A stretch of 64,000 nt of DNA from positions 320,001 through 384,000 of the forward strand of contig CAVTHO010000008.1 in assembly GCA_963734545.1 (NCBI GenBank), in the 5' to 3' direction. The notes beneath the pieces are model-generated. The model was not told the origin of the DNA. It was given only the letters and a program-made list of their open reading frames with translations, and ran no database searches. Both the position numbers and the translations under genes were made by a program. This stretch comes from an uncultured Spirochaetota bacterium. Lineage in GTDB: Bacteria; Spirochaetota; Spirochaetia; SZUA-6; Fen-1364. Of this stretch, positions 43,511 through 53,673 are shown one piece after another (positions within the stretch are counted from its first letter, which is position 1; every line of letters begins with the position of its first letter).

Positions 43511-45107
43511 ATGACGAATCCACCTATGACGCACAAGGAATGGCCGTTTGTCGAGGCGCGGAGGATTGTCGAGCGGCTGCAGAAAATCGGCAAGACTTCC
43601 GTGACCGCGGAGACCGGATACGGACCCTCGGGGCTTCCCCACATCGGCACGTTCGGCGAGGTTGCCCGCACCTCGTTTGTGCTCCAGGCGCTGAAGACGC
43701 TTGCGCCCGAGATCGATTCCCGCATCATCGCATTTTCGGACGATATGGACGGCCTGCGCGAGGTGCCGAAAAACATTCCCAACGCCGCGGTGCTGAAGGA
43801 GCACCTTGGCAAACCTCTGACCGCCATCCCGGATCCTTATGGGGAAGAGAAGTCCTTTGCCCACTACATGAACCGCAAGCTGCGCGAGTTCCTCGACTCG
43901 TTCGGCTTCACCTACCAGTTCGCCTCCTCCACCGATACGTACGCTTCGGGCGTGTTCGACGAAGGGCTGCGAAAGGTCATGTCGCACTACGAAGCCATCA
44001 GCGAGCTTTTCAAGGCCAGCATCGCGGAGGAGAAGCGCGCCGCCTGGAGCCCCTTCTTCCCTGTCTGCCAGAACTGCGGGCGGGTGTACTCGACGCGCGT
44101 GACCGGGCTCGACGCAAAGACCCTGTCCGTCACGTACGCCTGTGACTCCCCGCTGCAGGGCAAGTATGCGGCGTGCGGGCACCAGGGAGCCACGAGCATC
44201 CTCGGCGGGAAGTGCAAGGTCGGATGGAAGGTGGACTGGGCCCTGCGCTGGTACTCCCTGGGCATCGACTACGAGATGCACGGTGAGGACCTGCTGGACT
44301 CCGCCCGCATGTCTTCCAAGATCGTGAAGATCCTCGGGGCCGAGCCGCCGGAGCTCTTCAAGTACGAGCTCTTCCTTGACGAGAAGGGGAAGAAGATCTC
44401 CAAGAAGCTCGGAAACGGCATCTCCATCGAGCAGTGGCTGCGGTTCGCTCCGGTGGACTCGCTCCTGTACATCATGTACGTGAAGCCCCAGCAGGCCAAG
44501 AAAATGGGCCTGCCCATTCTGCCCGAGATCGTGGACCAGTACCTGGACCTCGTGGCGCACGACGACGGCGCGGAGGATTCTCCCGTGCCGTTCATTTCGC
44601 GGCTTTCCCGGGGCGCGCATGCGGGCAGGCTTCCCCACCAGAAGATCGTCACCTATTCGATGATCCTCGAGCTCGTCATGGCCCTCAGCCAGGACGACCC
44701 CCGTGTCGTGCGCGACTATCTCCTGCAGTACCAGCCGGACATCGCGGGCAACGTGGCGTACTACGACCAGCTCATCGAGGACGCCCTGGCCTACTACCGG
44801 GAAGTGGTGCTCCCTGCGCGCACGACGGAGAATGCGGACCACGACCTGGACGCGGCCGTGGCCGTGCTCCGGGACGAGCTTGTCCCGGCTCAAGGCAGCG
44901 GGGACAGCGACGGACGCCGACGCGCTCCAGACCATGGTGTTCCAGGTGGCCAAGGACAGGGAGATCCGGATGAAGGACTGGTTCCGCACGCTGTACCGCA
45001 TTTTCATCGGGCAGTCCCAGGGCCCGCGCATCGGGAGCTTCATCGCGCTGCTGGGGTACGCGAAATGCATCGAGCATCTGGAGACACACCTGGCGAAGGG
45101 AGGGTGA
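43511..45107 (+). CDS. lysS: Class I lysine--tRNA ligase (frameshift near 44880)
   Basis: ETGYGPSGLPHIGTFGE, SDDMDGLR, WKVDW, KISKK. The C-terminal WFRTLYRIFIGQSQGPRIGSF lies in the shifted frame ending at 45107. Confidence 0.92.
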
Positions 45108-45112
45108 ATCCT

Positions 45113-46399
45113 ATGCGCTCCTCGTCGATGAGCGAGAAGACCGCGCAGAGCGCCGACAGAGTGCTGGACGGGAAAAGCAGGAAGAACCTCTTCAAGCGCA
45201 TCCTTCCGTTCATGGGACCGGCCTTCATTGCGAGCATCGCCTACATGGATCCCGGGAATTTCGCCACGAACATCTCGGGAGGCGCGCAGTTCGGCTTCAT
45301 GCTCCTCTGGGTGATCGTCGCAAGCAACCTCATCGCCATGCTCATCCAGACCCTCTCCGCCAAGCTGGGCATCGCCACGGGCATGAATCTCGCCGAGCAC
45401 TGCAGGGCGAGCTTCCCCCGGCCTTTCGTCTTCTTCCTCTGGCTCCTGGCGGAGATCGTGGCCATGGCCACGGACCTCGCCGAGTTCCTCGGCGCTGCCG
45501 TGGGGTTCTACCTTCTTCTTGGAATTCCGCTCTGGGTCGCGGGACTCCTGACCGCGGCCGCCACGTTCATCATTCTCAGCCTCGAGCGGTACGGCTTCCG
45601 GCCGCTGGAGATCGTCATCAGCGGGTTCGTCGGCGTCATCGCGGTGAGCTACCTCGTGGAAACCATTCTCGACAAGCCGCCCCTCGGGCAGGTGCTCTTC
45701 CATGCCGTGGTCCCGCAGCTCGCCGGCCCGGAAAGCATCCTCCTGGCCGTGGGCATCCTCGGCGCAACGGTCATGCCGCACGCAATCTACCTGCATTCCT
45801 CGCTCATGCAGAACCGCATCGTGGCCAAAGAGCCCGCAAAGCTGCGCCGGCTCCTGCGGTTCGAGATCGCGGATGTGACGATCGCCATGGGCATCGCCGG
45901 GCTCATCAACATGGCAATGCTCATCATGGCCGCGGCAACGTTTTTCAGCCAGGGCCTGACTCAAGTCGGCTCCCTGGAAGAAGCGCACAAGACCCTCGAG
46001 CCGCTCCTGGGCAAGGCGGCAAGCTGGGTATTTGCCGTGTCCCTGCTCGCCTCCGGTCTCTCCTCCTCGACCGTGGGCACCATGGCAGGCCAGGTGATCA
46101 TGCAGGGGTTTCTCAAGCGCCGCATACCCTCGTGGATACGGCGCCTGGCCACGATGATCCCGTCCCTTGTCGTCATATTCATGGGCCTGGACCCCACGCG
46201 TACGCTCGTCATCAGCCAGGTCCTGCTGAGCTTCGGGCTGCCGTTCGCCATCATCCCGCTGGTGATCTTCACACAGCGGAAAAAGACCATGGGCACGCTG
46301 GTCAACAAGCCCGTAACAACGGCACTTGCCGGAGCGGCCGCCGCGCTCATCGTGGTCCTCAACTTCTACCTGCTGTACCAGACCTTTTTTGGGAGGTGA
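45113..46399 (+). CDS. mntH: Nramp family divalent metal transporter
   Basis: AYMDPGNFATN, TDLAEF, GATVMPHAIYLHS, TMAGQ, SQVLLS. Confidence 0.93.
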   Translation: MRSSSMSEKTAQSADRVLDGKSRKNLFKRILPFMGPAFIASIAYMDPGNFATNISGGAQFGFMLLWVIVASNLIAMLIQTLSAKLGIATGMNLAEHCRASFPRPFVFFLWLLAEIVAMATDLAEFLGAAVGFYLLLGIPLWVAGLLTAAATFIILSLERYGFRPLEIVISGFVGVIAVSYLVETILDKPPLGQVLFHAVVPQLAGPESILLAVGILGATVMPHAIYLHSSLMQNRIVAKEPAKLRRLLRFEIADVTIAMGIAGLINMAMLIMAAATFFSQGLTQVGSLEEAHKTLEPLLGKAASWVFAVSLLASGLSSSTVGTMAGQVIMQGFLKRRIPSWIRRLATMIPSLVVIFMGLDPTRTLVISQVLLSFGLPFAIIPLVIFTQRKKTMGTLVNKPVTTALAGAAAALIVVLNFYLLYQTFFGR

Positions 46400-46403
46400 T
46401 GCG

Positions 46404-47319
46404 ATGTTCAAGCATCTCCTGGTCCCCCTGGACGGTTCACGCTTGTCGGAGTCGGCCATCCCCGCCGCGGCGCAGATGGCGGCGCGCATGGACGCCGAGC
46501 TGACCCTCGTGCATGTCATAGAAAAGCACGCGCCCGCGGAGGTGCACAGCGACAGGCACCTGGTATCCGCCGACGAAGCGACTGCCTACCTGGAGGAGGT
46601 TGCGCGCCGCCCCGTGCTTGCCGGCCTGCGCGTGCAGACGCACGTGCACACGGCGGAGGTGAGCGACGTGGCGGACAGCATCACGGCGCACGCGGCGGAG
46701 CTCGCCCCTGACCTCGTGGTCATGAGCACGCACGGCAAAGGCGGCGCGCGCAGGCTCATCTTCGGGGCTATCGCCCAGCAGGTCCTCAGCCGGGGCGACA
46801 CGCCCGTCCTCCTGGTCCGGCCGTCGGAAGAGGCCGCCTCCGGGGCTTCCGGCCCGGCCGACACGTGGCACACGATTCTCGCTCCGATTGACGGGGATCC
46901 GGCGCACGAGAAAAGCCTGCCGGTCGCGGCGGACCTGGCCGCCGCTTTCGCCTGCCGCGTGCACCTCCTCATGGTCGTGCCGACCCTCGGGGAGCTGGCC
47001 GGCTCGCAGGCCGCGGCAGGGATGCTCCTCCCCGGTGCCGACCCGGATCAAGCTGGAGATGGACAGCGCGGCGGCGAGCGACTACCTGCAAGCAAAGGCG
47101 GAAGAGCTCGCGCGGGCGGGGGTGGCGGCAGGAAGCGAGGCTTCGCGCGGCGACCCGGCCCGGGCAATCGTGCGGGCCGCCCGGAAGCTGGCTGCGGACC
47201 TGGTGGTCATGGGCACGCACGGAAGGGCGGGCACGGTGGCCTTCTGGGAAGGGAGCGTGGCTGCGCGCGTCGTCTCCCGCACGCGCGTGCCCTTGCTGCT
47301 GGTGCCGCTCAAGGCGTAG
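46404..47319 (+). CDS. Tandem universal stress protein (frameshift near 47040)
   Basis: MFKHLLVPLDGS, VMSTHG; second domain ILAPIDG...VMGTHGRAG...GSVA. Confidence 0.88.
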
Positions 47320-47328
47320 CCGCGTTCC

Positions 47329-48669
47329 ATGCTCGAGCCGAAGAAAGACATGCGCGCCCTCCGCGCCATCCTGGCATGCCTTGCAGCGATTCTGCTTGGA
47401 TCGTGCGCGGGCATGCATTTCAAGGCGGCGCCTTCGGCGGCGCGCGCGGCCTCCTATCCGGCGGCGCGCTTTGCCGTTTTCAGCGACCCGCACCTTTTCG
47501 ACGAGAGCCTCGGGACGGATGACAGCGACCCCAAGCTCCTGCGGGAGAGCGGGGAGATTCTCTCCGCGGCCCTGCAACGTGTGAAGGACCTTTCGGTCAG
47601 CTTCCTGCTCGTGACGGGAGACCTGACCAGAGACGGCGAGCGCCAGGACCACCTGATCATGGCGCGCCAGCTCGCGGGCCTCGCGAGGGCCGGGGTCAAG
47701 GTGTACGTGGTGCCGGGCAATCACGATGTCCTCAACCCGCACGCAGCCCGCTTCCCTGCATCCGGAAAAGAGCGCGTCCTCACGGTCACGCCGGCTTCTT
47801 TCGCCGAGATCTATGCGGAGTGCGGCTACGCGGATGCGCTGATGAGGGACCCTGGCTCACTGAGCTATGTCGCGGAGCCGGAGCCGGGGCTGTGGCTCCT
47901 GGCCGTGGATTCCGCCAACTACGCGGAGAACATGCGGAATGGCAGGTCGACGGCAGGAGGGGGGCTCACTCAGGCGCGGATCGACTGGATCGAGACAGTT
48001 CTCGAGGACGCACAGCAGAAGGACAAGGCGGTGATCGTGATGATGCATCACGGGGTCCTGGAGCATTTCGCGGGCCAGGCGAGGTACTTCGGGGCCTACC
48101 TGGTCAACGGATGGCAGCAGGTCTCCGAAATGCTCGCCGCGCGCAACGTGCGCGCCGTGTTCACCGGACACTTCCATGCGCAGGACATCACGGTGAGAAA
48201 GATGAATGACGGGAAGCTCCTCTACGACATCGAGACCGGTTCTCTCGTGTCGTTCCCCATTCCCGTGCGACGCGTGGAAATCACAGCGGGGCAGAAGATG
48301 GTAATCACCTCCTCCTTCATCAAGGATCTGCCCTCTTTCGCCGCGCGCGGGGTCGATTTCTGGGAGTACGCCCGGGAAAGCCTGAAGCGGAGCATCGAGG
48401 GGACCGTTGCCCGGATGATGACCGGGGTCGGCGTCTCCTCGAAAGAGGCCTCCCTTGTCGCTCCCCAGGTCGCGGACGCGTCCCTCGCTCATTTTCGCGG
48501 AGATGAGAGCTTTGACGGCGCGCAGATGCTCAGCTCGAAGGGCCTTGGCCTGGTGGCCGACATAGTGGCGGGGAGCAGAAAGGACCTGGTCGAGGGCCTC
48601 TGGCACGACCAGGAGCCCGCGGACAACGACGTGACCCTCGACCTGGCGCCGGGGGTGACTCCGGAATGA
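47329..48669 (+). CDS. Metallophosphoesterase lipoprotein
   Basis: Lipobox LLGS-C; SDPH, TGDLT, PGNHD, MHH and TGHFH motifs. Confidence 0.88.
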   Translation: MLEPKKDMRALRAILACLAAILLGSCAGMHFKAAPSAARAASYPAARFAVFSDPHLFDESLGTDDSDPKLLRESGEILSAALQRVKDLSVSFLLVTGDLTRDGERQDHLIMARQLAGLARAGVKVYVVPGNHDVLNPHAARFPASGKERVLTVTPASFAEIYAECGYADALMRDPGSLSYVAEPEPGLWLLAVDSANYAENMRNGRSTAGGGLTQARIDWIETVLEDAQQKDKAVIVMMHHGVLEHFAGQARYFGAYLVNGWQQVSEMLAARNVRAVFTGHFHAQDITVRKMNDGKLLYDIETGSLVSFPIPVRRVEITAGQKMVITSSFIKDLPSFAARGVDFWEYARESLKRSIEGTVARMMTGVGVSSKEASLVAPQVADASLAHFRGDESFDGAQMLSSKGLGLVADIVAGSRKDLVEGLWHDQEPADNDVTLDLAPGVTPE

Positions 48670-48691
48670 CCGGTCGCTGAACCGGGAACCG

Positions 48692-49174
48692 TTATTTCGC
48701 GGTGGAGAGCTGCTCCAGGGCTTCCCTGGCCCTGGGGACCGTATCTTCGGGCTTCACCTTGTACCAGGCGCGCAGGATGACGCCCTTTTCATCCACCAGG
48801 AATGACGATCGGATGATTCCCTCGTACGTCTTTCCATAGCTCGTCTTTTCGCCCCAGACCCCGTACGCGTCGGCGGTCTTGTGATCGATATCGGCAAGGA
48901 GCGGAAATCCGAGCGAGTACTTGATGTCGAACTTCTTCTGATCTTCCGGCGCGTCCGGGCTGAGCCCCAGCACGTCGACCGTGAGCTTCTTCAGATCCTG
49001 CTTCGCGTCCCTGACCGCGCACGACTGCGTCGTGCACCCCGGGGTATCTGCTTTCGGATAGAAATAGAGCAGCACCTTGCGGCCCCGGAAATCGGAAAGC
49101 CTGACCGTCCTGCCGTCCTGGTCGGAGAGTGAAAAATCAGGGGCCTTCTGGCCGCTGGTAAGCATCACGTCCAT
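48692..49174 (-). CDS. bcp: Thioredoxin-dependent thiol peroxidase
   Basis: LYFYPKADTPGCTTQSC, GIIRSSFLVD. Confidence 0.93.
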   Translation of the reverse strand: MDVMLTSGQKAPDFSLSDQDGRTVRLSDFRGRKVLLYFYPKADTPGCTTQSCAVRDAKQDLKKLTVDVLGLSPDAPEDQKKFDIKYSLGFPLLADIDHKTADAYGVWGEKTSYGKTYEGIIRSSFLVDEKGVILRAWYKVKPEDTVPRAREALEQLSTAK

Positions 49175-49192
49175 CGAGATCCTCCTGGGCCA

Positions 49193-49222
49193 AATGTAAG
49201 GGGCGGGAACGGCGGGAGTCAA
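49193..49222 (-). promoter_or_regulatory. Putative sigma70 promoter of bcp
   Basis: TTGACT - 18 bp - TACATT on the minus strand. Confidence 0.45.
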
Positions 49223-49227
49223 ACAGT

Positions 49228-49298
49228 GGGACAGTAGTCCCAATCCGGGGGGACAGTAGTCCCGAATCCGGGGAGACAGTAGTCCCAACCCGGGGAGA
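49228..49298. repeat. Three tandem 22-23-bp repeats
   Basis: GACAGTAGTCCC(G)AA(T/C)CCGGGG x3, each with an internal GGGAC/GTCCC inverted repeat. Confidence 0.85.
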
Positions 49299-49338
49299 GG
49301 CGGTCCGCCCGGCGGACGCGCCTCTCATGAGGCAGCGT

Positions 49339-50022
49339 TCAGGTGTGCGGCTGATCCGAGGAGGCCGGCGCGGTGACCGGTGTCGATTTGGCGAGTGCCG
49401 CGGTGAGTGCGTCATGGAAACTCTGAACCTGCGTCGTCGTCAGATCGAATGTCTTGTACGACGTCATGCGATTGCCGTACAGGTTGGTCACGGTGATGGG
49501 GAAAACCGTCTTGAAGGATTTCCCGTCATTGGTCACCGAGCAGATGACGATGAACGTGAGGTCCCTGAAGGGTCGGTACTTGTCGTTTCCCTCCGTCATG
49601 TCGAGGGTGCCCGAGTACAGCTCGAAATTGAACATTTTCGAGGGTGAAAGTGATTTGGGATCCATCGCGATGAACTGTTCGATCGCGGTCAGGAACTTCC
49701 TGCCCTGGTCGACGCTCAAAGAGGCTGTTTCACTCAAGTCGTAGTCCTTGACCGTTCCCTGCGCCTTGGACCCGAACCCGCCCTTGCCGCGCTGCGTGAA
49801 GAGCAGCATCTGCGCGTCTCCGCTCTTGTACGTTTCCCGGGAATAGAACACGCCGAGCATCGAGGCGTCCAGATCCACCTCGCTGACGAGCTCGATGTTG
49901 GAGGAAATGGCCCGCTCGCCGCGGGTTTCAGGGGCGCGAGACTGGTAGACGGAATTGCCGGCAGTGGCGCACGACGACAGGACCAGAACGCCGGCGGAGA
50001 GGATCACGAGCAAGACCTTCAT
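49339..50022 (-). CDS. Hypothetical lipoprotein
   Basis: MKVLLVILSAGVLVLSS-C lipobox; AAGGAG RBS. Confidence 0.75.
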   Translation of the reverse strand: MKVLLVILSAGVLVLSSCATAGNSVYQSRAPETRGERAISSNIELVSEVDLDASMLGVFYSRETYKSGDAQMLLFTQRGKGGFGSKAQGTVKDYDLSETASLSVDQGRKFLTAIEQFIAMDPKSLSPSKMFNFELYSGTLDMTEGNDKYRPFRDLTFIVICSVTNDGKSFKTVFPITVTNLYGNRMTSYKTFDLTTTQVQSFHDALTAALAKSTPVTAPASSDQPHT

Positions 50023-50127
50023 ACATTCGCTCCTTTTGGTTTTTTTGTATCACAGCGTGATACAGCGGGGACATTACCGCAAATTCCGGGGCTTGGTCAA
50101 CACGCGCGGCGGGTCTATACTCCCGCG

Positions 50128-51301
50128 ATGCGTGCGGCGGGGATCAGCGTGCTCATCTATCGCGGTGACAGCCGGCGCATGACCGAACTCGAATCCGGCA
50201 GCGTGGAGCTGATCGTCACCTCGCCCCCGTACTGGCAGATAAAGGATTACGGTGTGCCCGGGCAGATCGGGCACGGCCAGGCACTGCACGCATACCTCCG
50301 GGACCTGTCGCTCGTGTGGGGAGAGTGCTTCCGCGTCGCGCGGGAGGGCGGCAAGGCTGTGCGTGAACATCGGGGACCAGTTTGCCCGCGCCAGCCTCTA
50401 CGGCCGCTACAGGGTCATCCCGCTGCACGCGGAGGTGATCTGCCAGTGCGCGGCCATGGGGTTCGACTACATGGGCTCGATCATCTGGCGAAAGAAAACA
50501 ACGATGCACACCTCGGGCGGGGCAACGGTGATGGGCTCATATCCTCATCCGCCCAACGGCATAGTCGAGATCGACTTCGAGTACATCCTCCTCTTCAAGA
50601 AACCCGGGACACCGAAGAAGAAGGAAGCGGCCTTGAAGAAGAGCGCTGCCATGAGCCGCGACGAATGGAAGAGCTGGTTCTCCGGCCATTGGGAGCTCGG
50701 CGGGGCGCGAAAAAAAGGTCACGAAGCTCCTTTTCCGGAGGAGATTCCGCGCAGACTGATACGCATGTTCAGCTTCCCCGGCGACACGGTGCTCGACCCG
50801 TTCCTGGGAACGGGCACGACGGCCGCGGTGGCGAGGGACCTGGGCAGGAATGCGATCGGCTACGAAATCAATGCCGAGTTCGTCCGCCTGGCCCTGGAGA
50901 GGCTTCATCCGGATGCCGTGTGCCGGGACACACGGCAGGCCGGCTCCCCCCGCGCGCGCGGTGCCTGGAAACCGAGGATACCGGACCTGGTCCCCGCCGA
51001 GGGAGGAAAAGCGCCGCCCCCCGGCCCGAAGCTCCATACCGTTGTTTCGGTGGCGCAGGATTGCTCGCTCGTGCTCGATTCCGGTCTGCGCGTGGTCCTT
51101 CTGGACCTGCTGGTTGCAGATCAGGCGGCGGCGCTCTCCTATCTGAAGCAGAGGGTGCTGAAGAAGAAGGTCTTCCTCCTGGACGCCCGGCCTGACGGAG
51201 ATTCCGTGGTACGGGCGCGCGTGGTGCTCAGGAACAGGATATCGATAAATGCCCAGCTCGTGAAATCGGGCGCCGCGACCAGGGTTACGGGAAAGGGGTG
51301 A
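50128..51301 (+). CDS. Beta-class DNA methyltransferase (probably N4-cytosine) with a C-terminal SNase-like domain (frameshift near 50355)
   Basis: IVTSPPY, then HEAPFPEEIP and VLDPFLGTGTT; the ORFs join when one base is removed. C-terminal ~90 aa ends INAQLVKSGAA. Confidence 0.85.
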
Positions 51302-51831
51302 TCGCAATGGTGCACGGAATCGGGGACAAGATCCCCCGGGTGAAGGACGCGATCTTCACGGCATGGAACGCCGAAATCGCGGGAGAGGTCACCCTGGGGA
51401 GAGAGACGAGCGTGTGGTTCAGCGCGACGATACGCGCCGACATTGCGCCGATCACGGTGGGCCGGGGATCGAATATCCAGGACGGCGCCACCGTCCACGT
51501 CGATACCGGGCTCCCCTGCACCATCGGACAAGGCGTCACAGTGGGACATAACGCTGTCCTGCATGGCTGCACCGTGGGAGACGACTGCCTCATCGGAATG
51601 GGCGCCGTGATTCTGAGCGGCGCGGTAATCGGAAAGGAAAGCATCGTCGGGGCGGCTGCCCTCGTCACCGAGGGCAAGGTGTTCCCTGCGCGATCCCTCC
51701 TGGTGGGAAGCCCTGCAAAAGCGGTCAAGGCGGTTGACGACGCAATGCTGGAAAAGGTCCGGGCGAACGCGCGCGTGTATCTCGGCCTGGCGCGCCAGGC
51801 GTCGAAAGAGTACCGCGAGGTGAAGAAGTGA
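51298..51831 (+). CDS. Gamma carbonic anhydrase family protein
   Basis: SVWFSATIRAD, SNIQDGATVH, TVGHNAVLHGC; hexapeptide repeats. Confidence 0.92.
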   Translation: MIAMVHGIGDKIPRVKDAIFTAWNAEIAGEVTLGRETSVWFSATIRADIAPITVGRGSNIQDGATVHVDTGLPCTIGQGVTVGHNAVLHGCTVGDDCLIGMGAVILSGAVIGKESIVGAAALVTEGKVFPARSLLVGSPAKAVKAVDDAMLEKVRANARVYLGLARQASKEYREVKK

Positions 51832-51844
51832 GATGACGGGAACG

Positions 51845-51869
51845 CGCCAGCCCGTGAAGAGGGCTGGCG
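51845..51869. terminator. Hairpin between convergent genes
   Basis: 9-bp stem CGCCAGCCC/GGGCTGGCG; no clear U-tract. Confidence 0.5.
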
Positions 51870-51884
51870 GGAGCTCGGAACCTG

Positions 51885-52424
51885 CTACTTGAACAGAACG
51901 GTGAAACGCGCGTTCACGTAGAGAAGAAAACCGAAGTTGTTCATGTTGTCGAAGGGAGCCAGGGCGATGGCCCCGCCGCTGAGCCGGAACCAGTCGTTGA
52001 CCTTGAAGCCGACATCGATCTGAGGAACGACCCAGGTCCAGCTGTTGTCGAGCAGCTGGTTCCCCAGGCCGAATGCGAAGAAGAAAAATCCGCCGAAGTC
52101 ACCGCGGATCACCACGGGATTCAGTTCTATCTCAATGAACGCGTTGGGCCACAAAACGTTTTCGACGATGAATGTCACGGCCTTGGCACCCACTCCGAAA
52201 CGTATGGGGCCTTCCCCGAACTGGTACGTTGCCTCGACCATGGGAAGGATGATCAGGTACTGGCCGATATCTGTACCTCCCGATATGCCCAGGTCTCCGA
52301 ATTTGATGCCTGCGTAGACCGGCCAGGCGACATCGAAATCGAGCCTGAACTGCGCGCCCGCGCTGAAGGCCACCGCGCACAACAGGACCGCAACCACAAC
52401 CATGACAATGAGCCGCCTCTTCAT
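51885..52424 (-). CDS. Hypothetical exported protein, probable small outer-membrane beta-barrel
   Basis: Signal peptide ending AGA-Q; aromatic amphipathic strands; GGAGG RBS. Confidence 0.7.
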   Translation of the reverse strand: MKRRLIVMVVVAVLLCAVAFSAGAQFRLDFDVAWPVYAGIKFGDLGISGGTDIGQYLIILPMVEATYQFGEGPIRFGVGAKAVTFIVENVLWPNAFIEIELNPVVIRGDFGGFFFFAFGLGNQLLDNSWTWVVPQIDVGFKVNDWFRLSGGAIALAPFDNMNNFGFLLYVNARFTVLFK

Positions 52425-52524
52425 CTGATCCTCCTGGGCGCTGTCGTGCGGTACGTTTCCCAACAGGAATGATATCACACTTTGCCGCGCACGGCGTGAT
52501 GATATCTCACCGTGGGGCCGGGTG

Positions 52525-52568
52525 ATTGTCACGTTATTGTCAACGCTGGCTGCTTTCCATTGTCAACA
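52525..52568. repeat. Three-box ATTGTCAAC site, copy A (over the gene's stop codon)
   Basis: Boxes at 52525 (ATTGTCA), 52536 and 52559. Confidence 0.85.
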
Positions 52569-53572
52569 ACATGACGGATGACCGCCTCGATACCGGGCAG
52601 CACGTTCACCCGTTTCAAGGCCACACCCGGGTGCGCGTGCGCGAAAACCCGGAAAATCTCGTCGGCGAACCCTTGTCCTATCGATCGTACTCCTGCAAAG
52701 TCGAGAACGACCTCCCGAAATTGATCGAGCCGGGCGAGGAGCCGCTTTGCCTCCGAGCGCGAAACATACTCACCCGCGTAGAATCGCACGGTCACGAGGC
52801 TTCGCTCGAACCGGAACTCGAACTCCTCAGGCGCGAAAGAAGAGAACACATCCGTGAGCTTTCGCCGCGCCGAACGGCTCACACGCAGGGACACTTCGGT
52901 GCCGATGAGATACGCGCGCACGTTCACAAAAGTGTCTTTCTTCAGCGTGTCAAAGACGAGCTCGATCCTGTGGGACCGAAGGGCAAACCGGTCGCACGCC
53001 TTTGAGGTGAAGAAAATCCCTTCTCCGGCGTGCCGTTCCGGCATTGACGTGGCCTTGCCCTTGAGCAGCTCACCGATCGCTGCCTCCTCTTCGGCGAGGC
53101 GATGACGCTCGGCAACCGAGGTGAAAACACCCACTCCCTGATCCCTGATCCGGGCGTCCACCTGGCGGTCCGCCAGCGTGACGTCCACCGTGCACGTGGG
53201 TGAATGCGAGTGCTCGACGGCGTTGTTGAGCATCTCGGTGAAAGCATATGCGAAAATCTCGTATGCCGCGGCAGACAGGGAACGCCTGAGCGCGAGGCGC
53301 AGAGCCACGTCCGCGAGCACCTCGTCTTCCATCAGTCCGTCGATCCGGTACTTCCGATGAAATGGCTGTGCCGGCGGGGCCGCCTTGCCGCGGCGGTCGG
53401 GAAGGCGGTACTGGACCCCCCGGGTCCTTCCCGTGCGGGTCAACAGCCCCTCCTCCAGGAGCCGGACGAGATGCCGGTGCGCGGCCTGCCGTGACACGCC
53501 CAGGACTGCAGCGATCTGGGCGCCGGAGAGGGAGTGGCGCGAGCTCAGGGTCTTCAGAATCCGGCTCCTCAT
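52529..53572 (-). CDS. HTH + HATPase-like + STAS-like (DUF4325-type) protein
   Basis: HTH IAAVLGVSRQAAHRHL; FTEMLNNAVEHS, IRDQGVG, HAGEGIFFTS; SRSEAKRL...VVLDFAGVRSIGQGFADEIFRVF. Confidence 0.85.
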   Translation of the reverse strand: MRSRILKTLSSRHSLSGAQIAAVLGVSRQAAHRHLVRLLEEGLLTRTGRTRGVQYRLPDRRGKAAPPAQPFHRKYRIDGLMEDEVLADVALRLALRRSLSAAAYEIFAYAFTEMLNNAVEHSHSPTCTVDVTLADRQVDARIRDQGVGVFTSVAERHRLAEEEAAIGELLKGKATSMPERHAGEGIFFTSKACDRFALRSHRIELVFDTLKKDTFVNVRAYLIGTEVSLRVSRSARRKLTDVFSSFAPEEFEFRFERSLVTVRFYAGEYVSRSEAKRLLARLDQFREVVLDFAGVRSIGQGFADEIFRVFAHAHPGVALKRVNVLPGIEAVIRHVVDNGKQPALTIT

Positions 53573-53594
53573 GTCCACCGTCTGATCATGTGCT

Positions 53595-53638
53595 ATTGTC
53601 AACCTATTGTCAACACATCAGACAATTTATTGTCAACA
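53595..53638. repeat. Three-box ATTGTCAAC site, copy B (upstream of the gene)
   Basis: Boxes at 53595, 53606 and 53629; same 11/23-bp spacing as copy A. Confidence 0.85.
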
Positions 53639-53673
53639 GACTGCTTCCGAGACGCAGCGGGGGGGACCCTTTG

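Noticed and set aside
43448-46399. 983-aa LysRS-Nramp fusion in the ORF track
   Set aside because: Caused by the +1 indel near 44880. The true LysRS C-terminus is in another frame ending at 45107, and mntH has its own RBS and ATG at 45113.
42869-46519. 1216-aa minus-strand ORF
   Set aside because: Antisense shadow of lysS/mntH in GC-rich DNA, with no recognisable motifs.
49228-49298. Possible mini CRISPR array
   Set aside because: The units are contiguous with no unique spacers, and there are no cas genes in the window.
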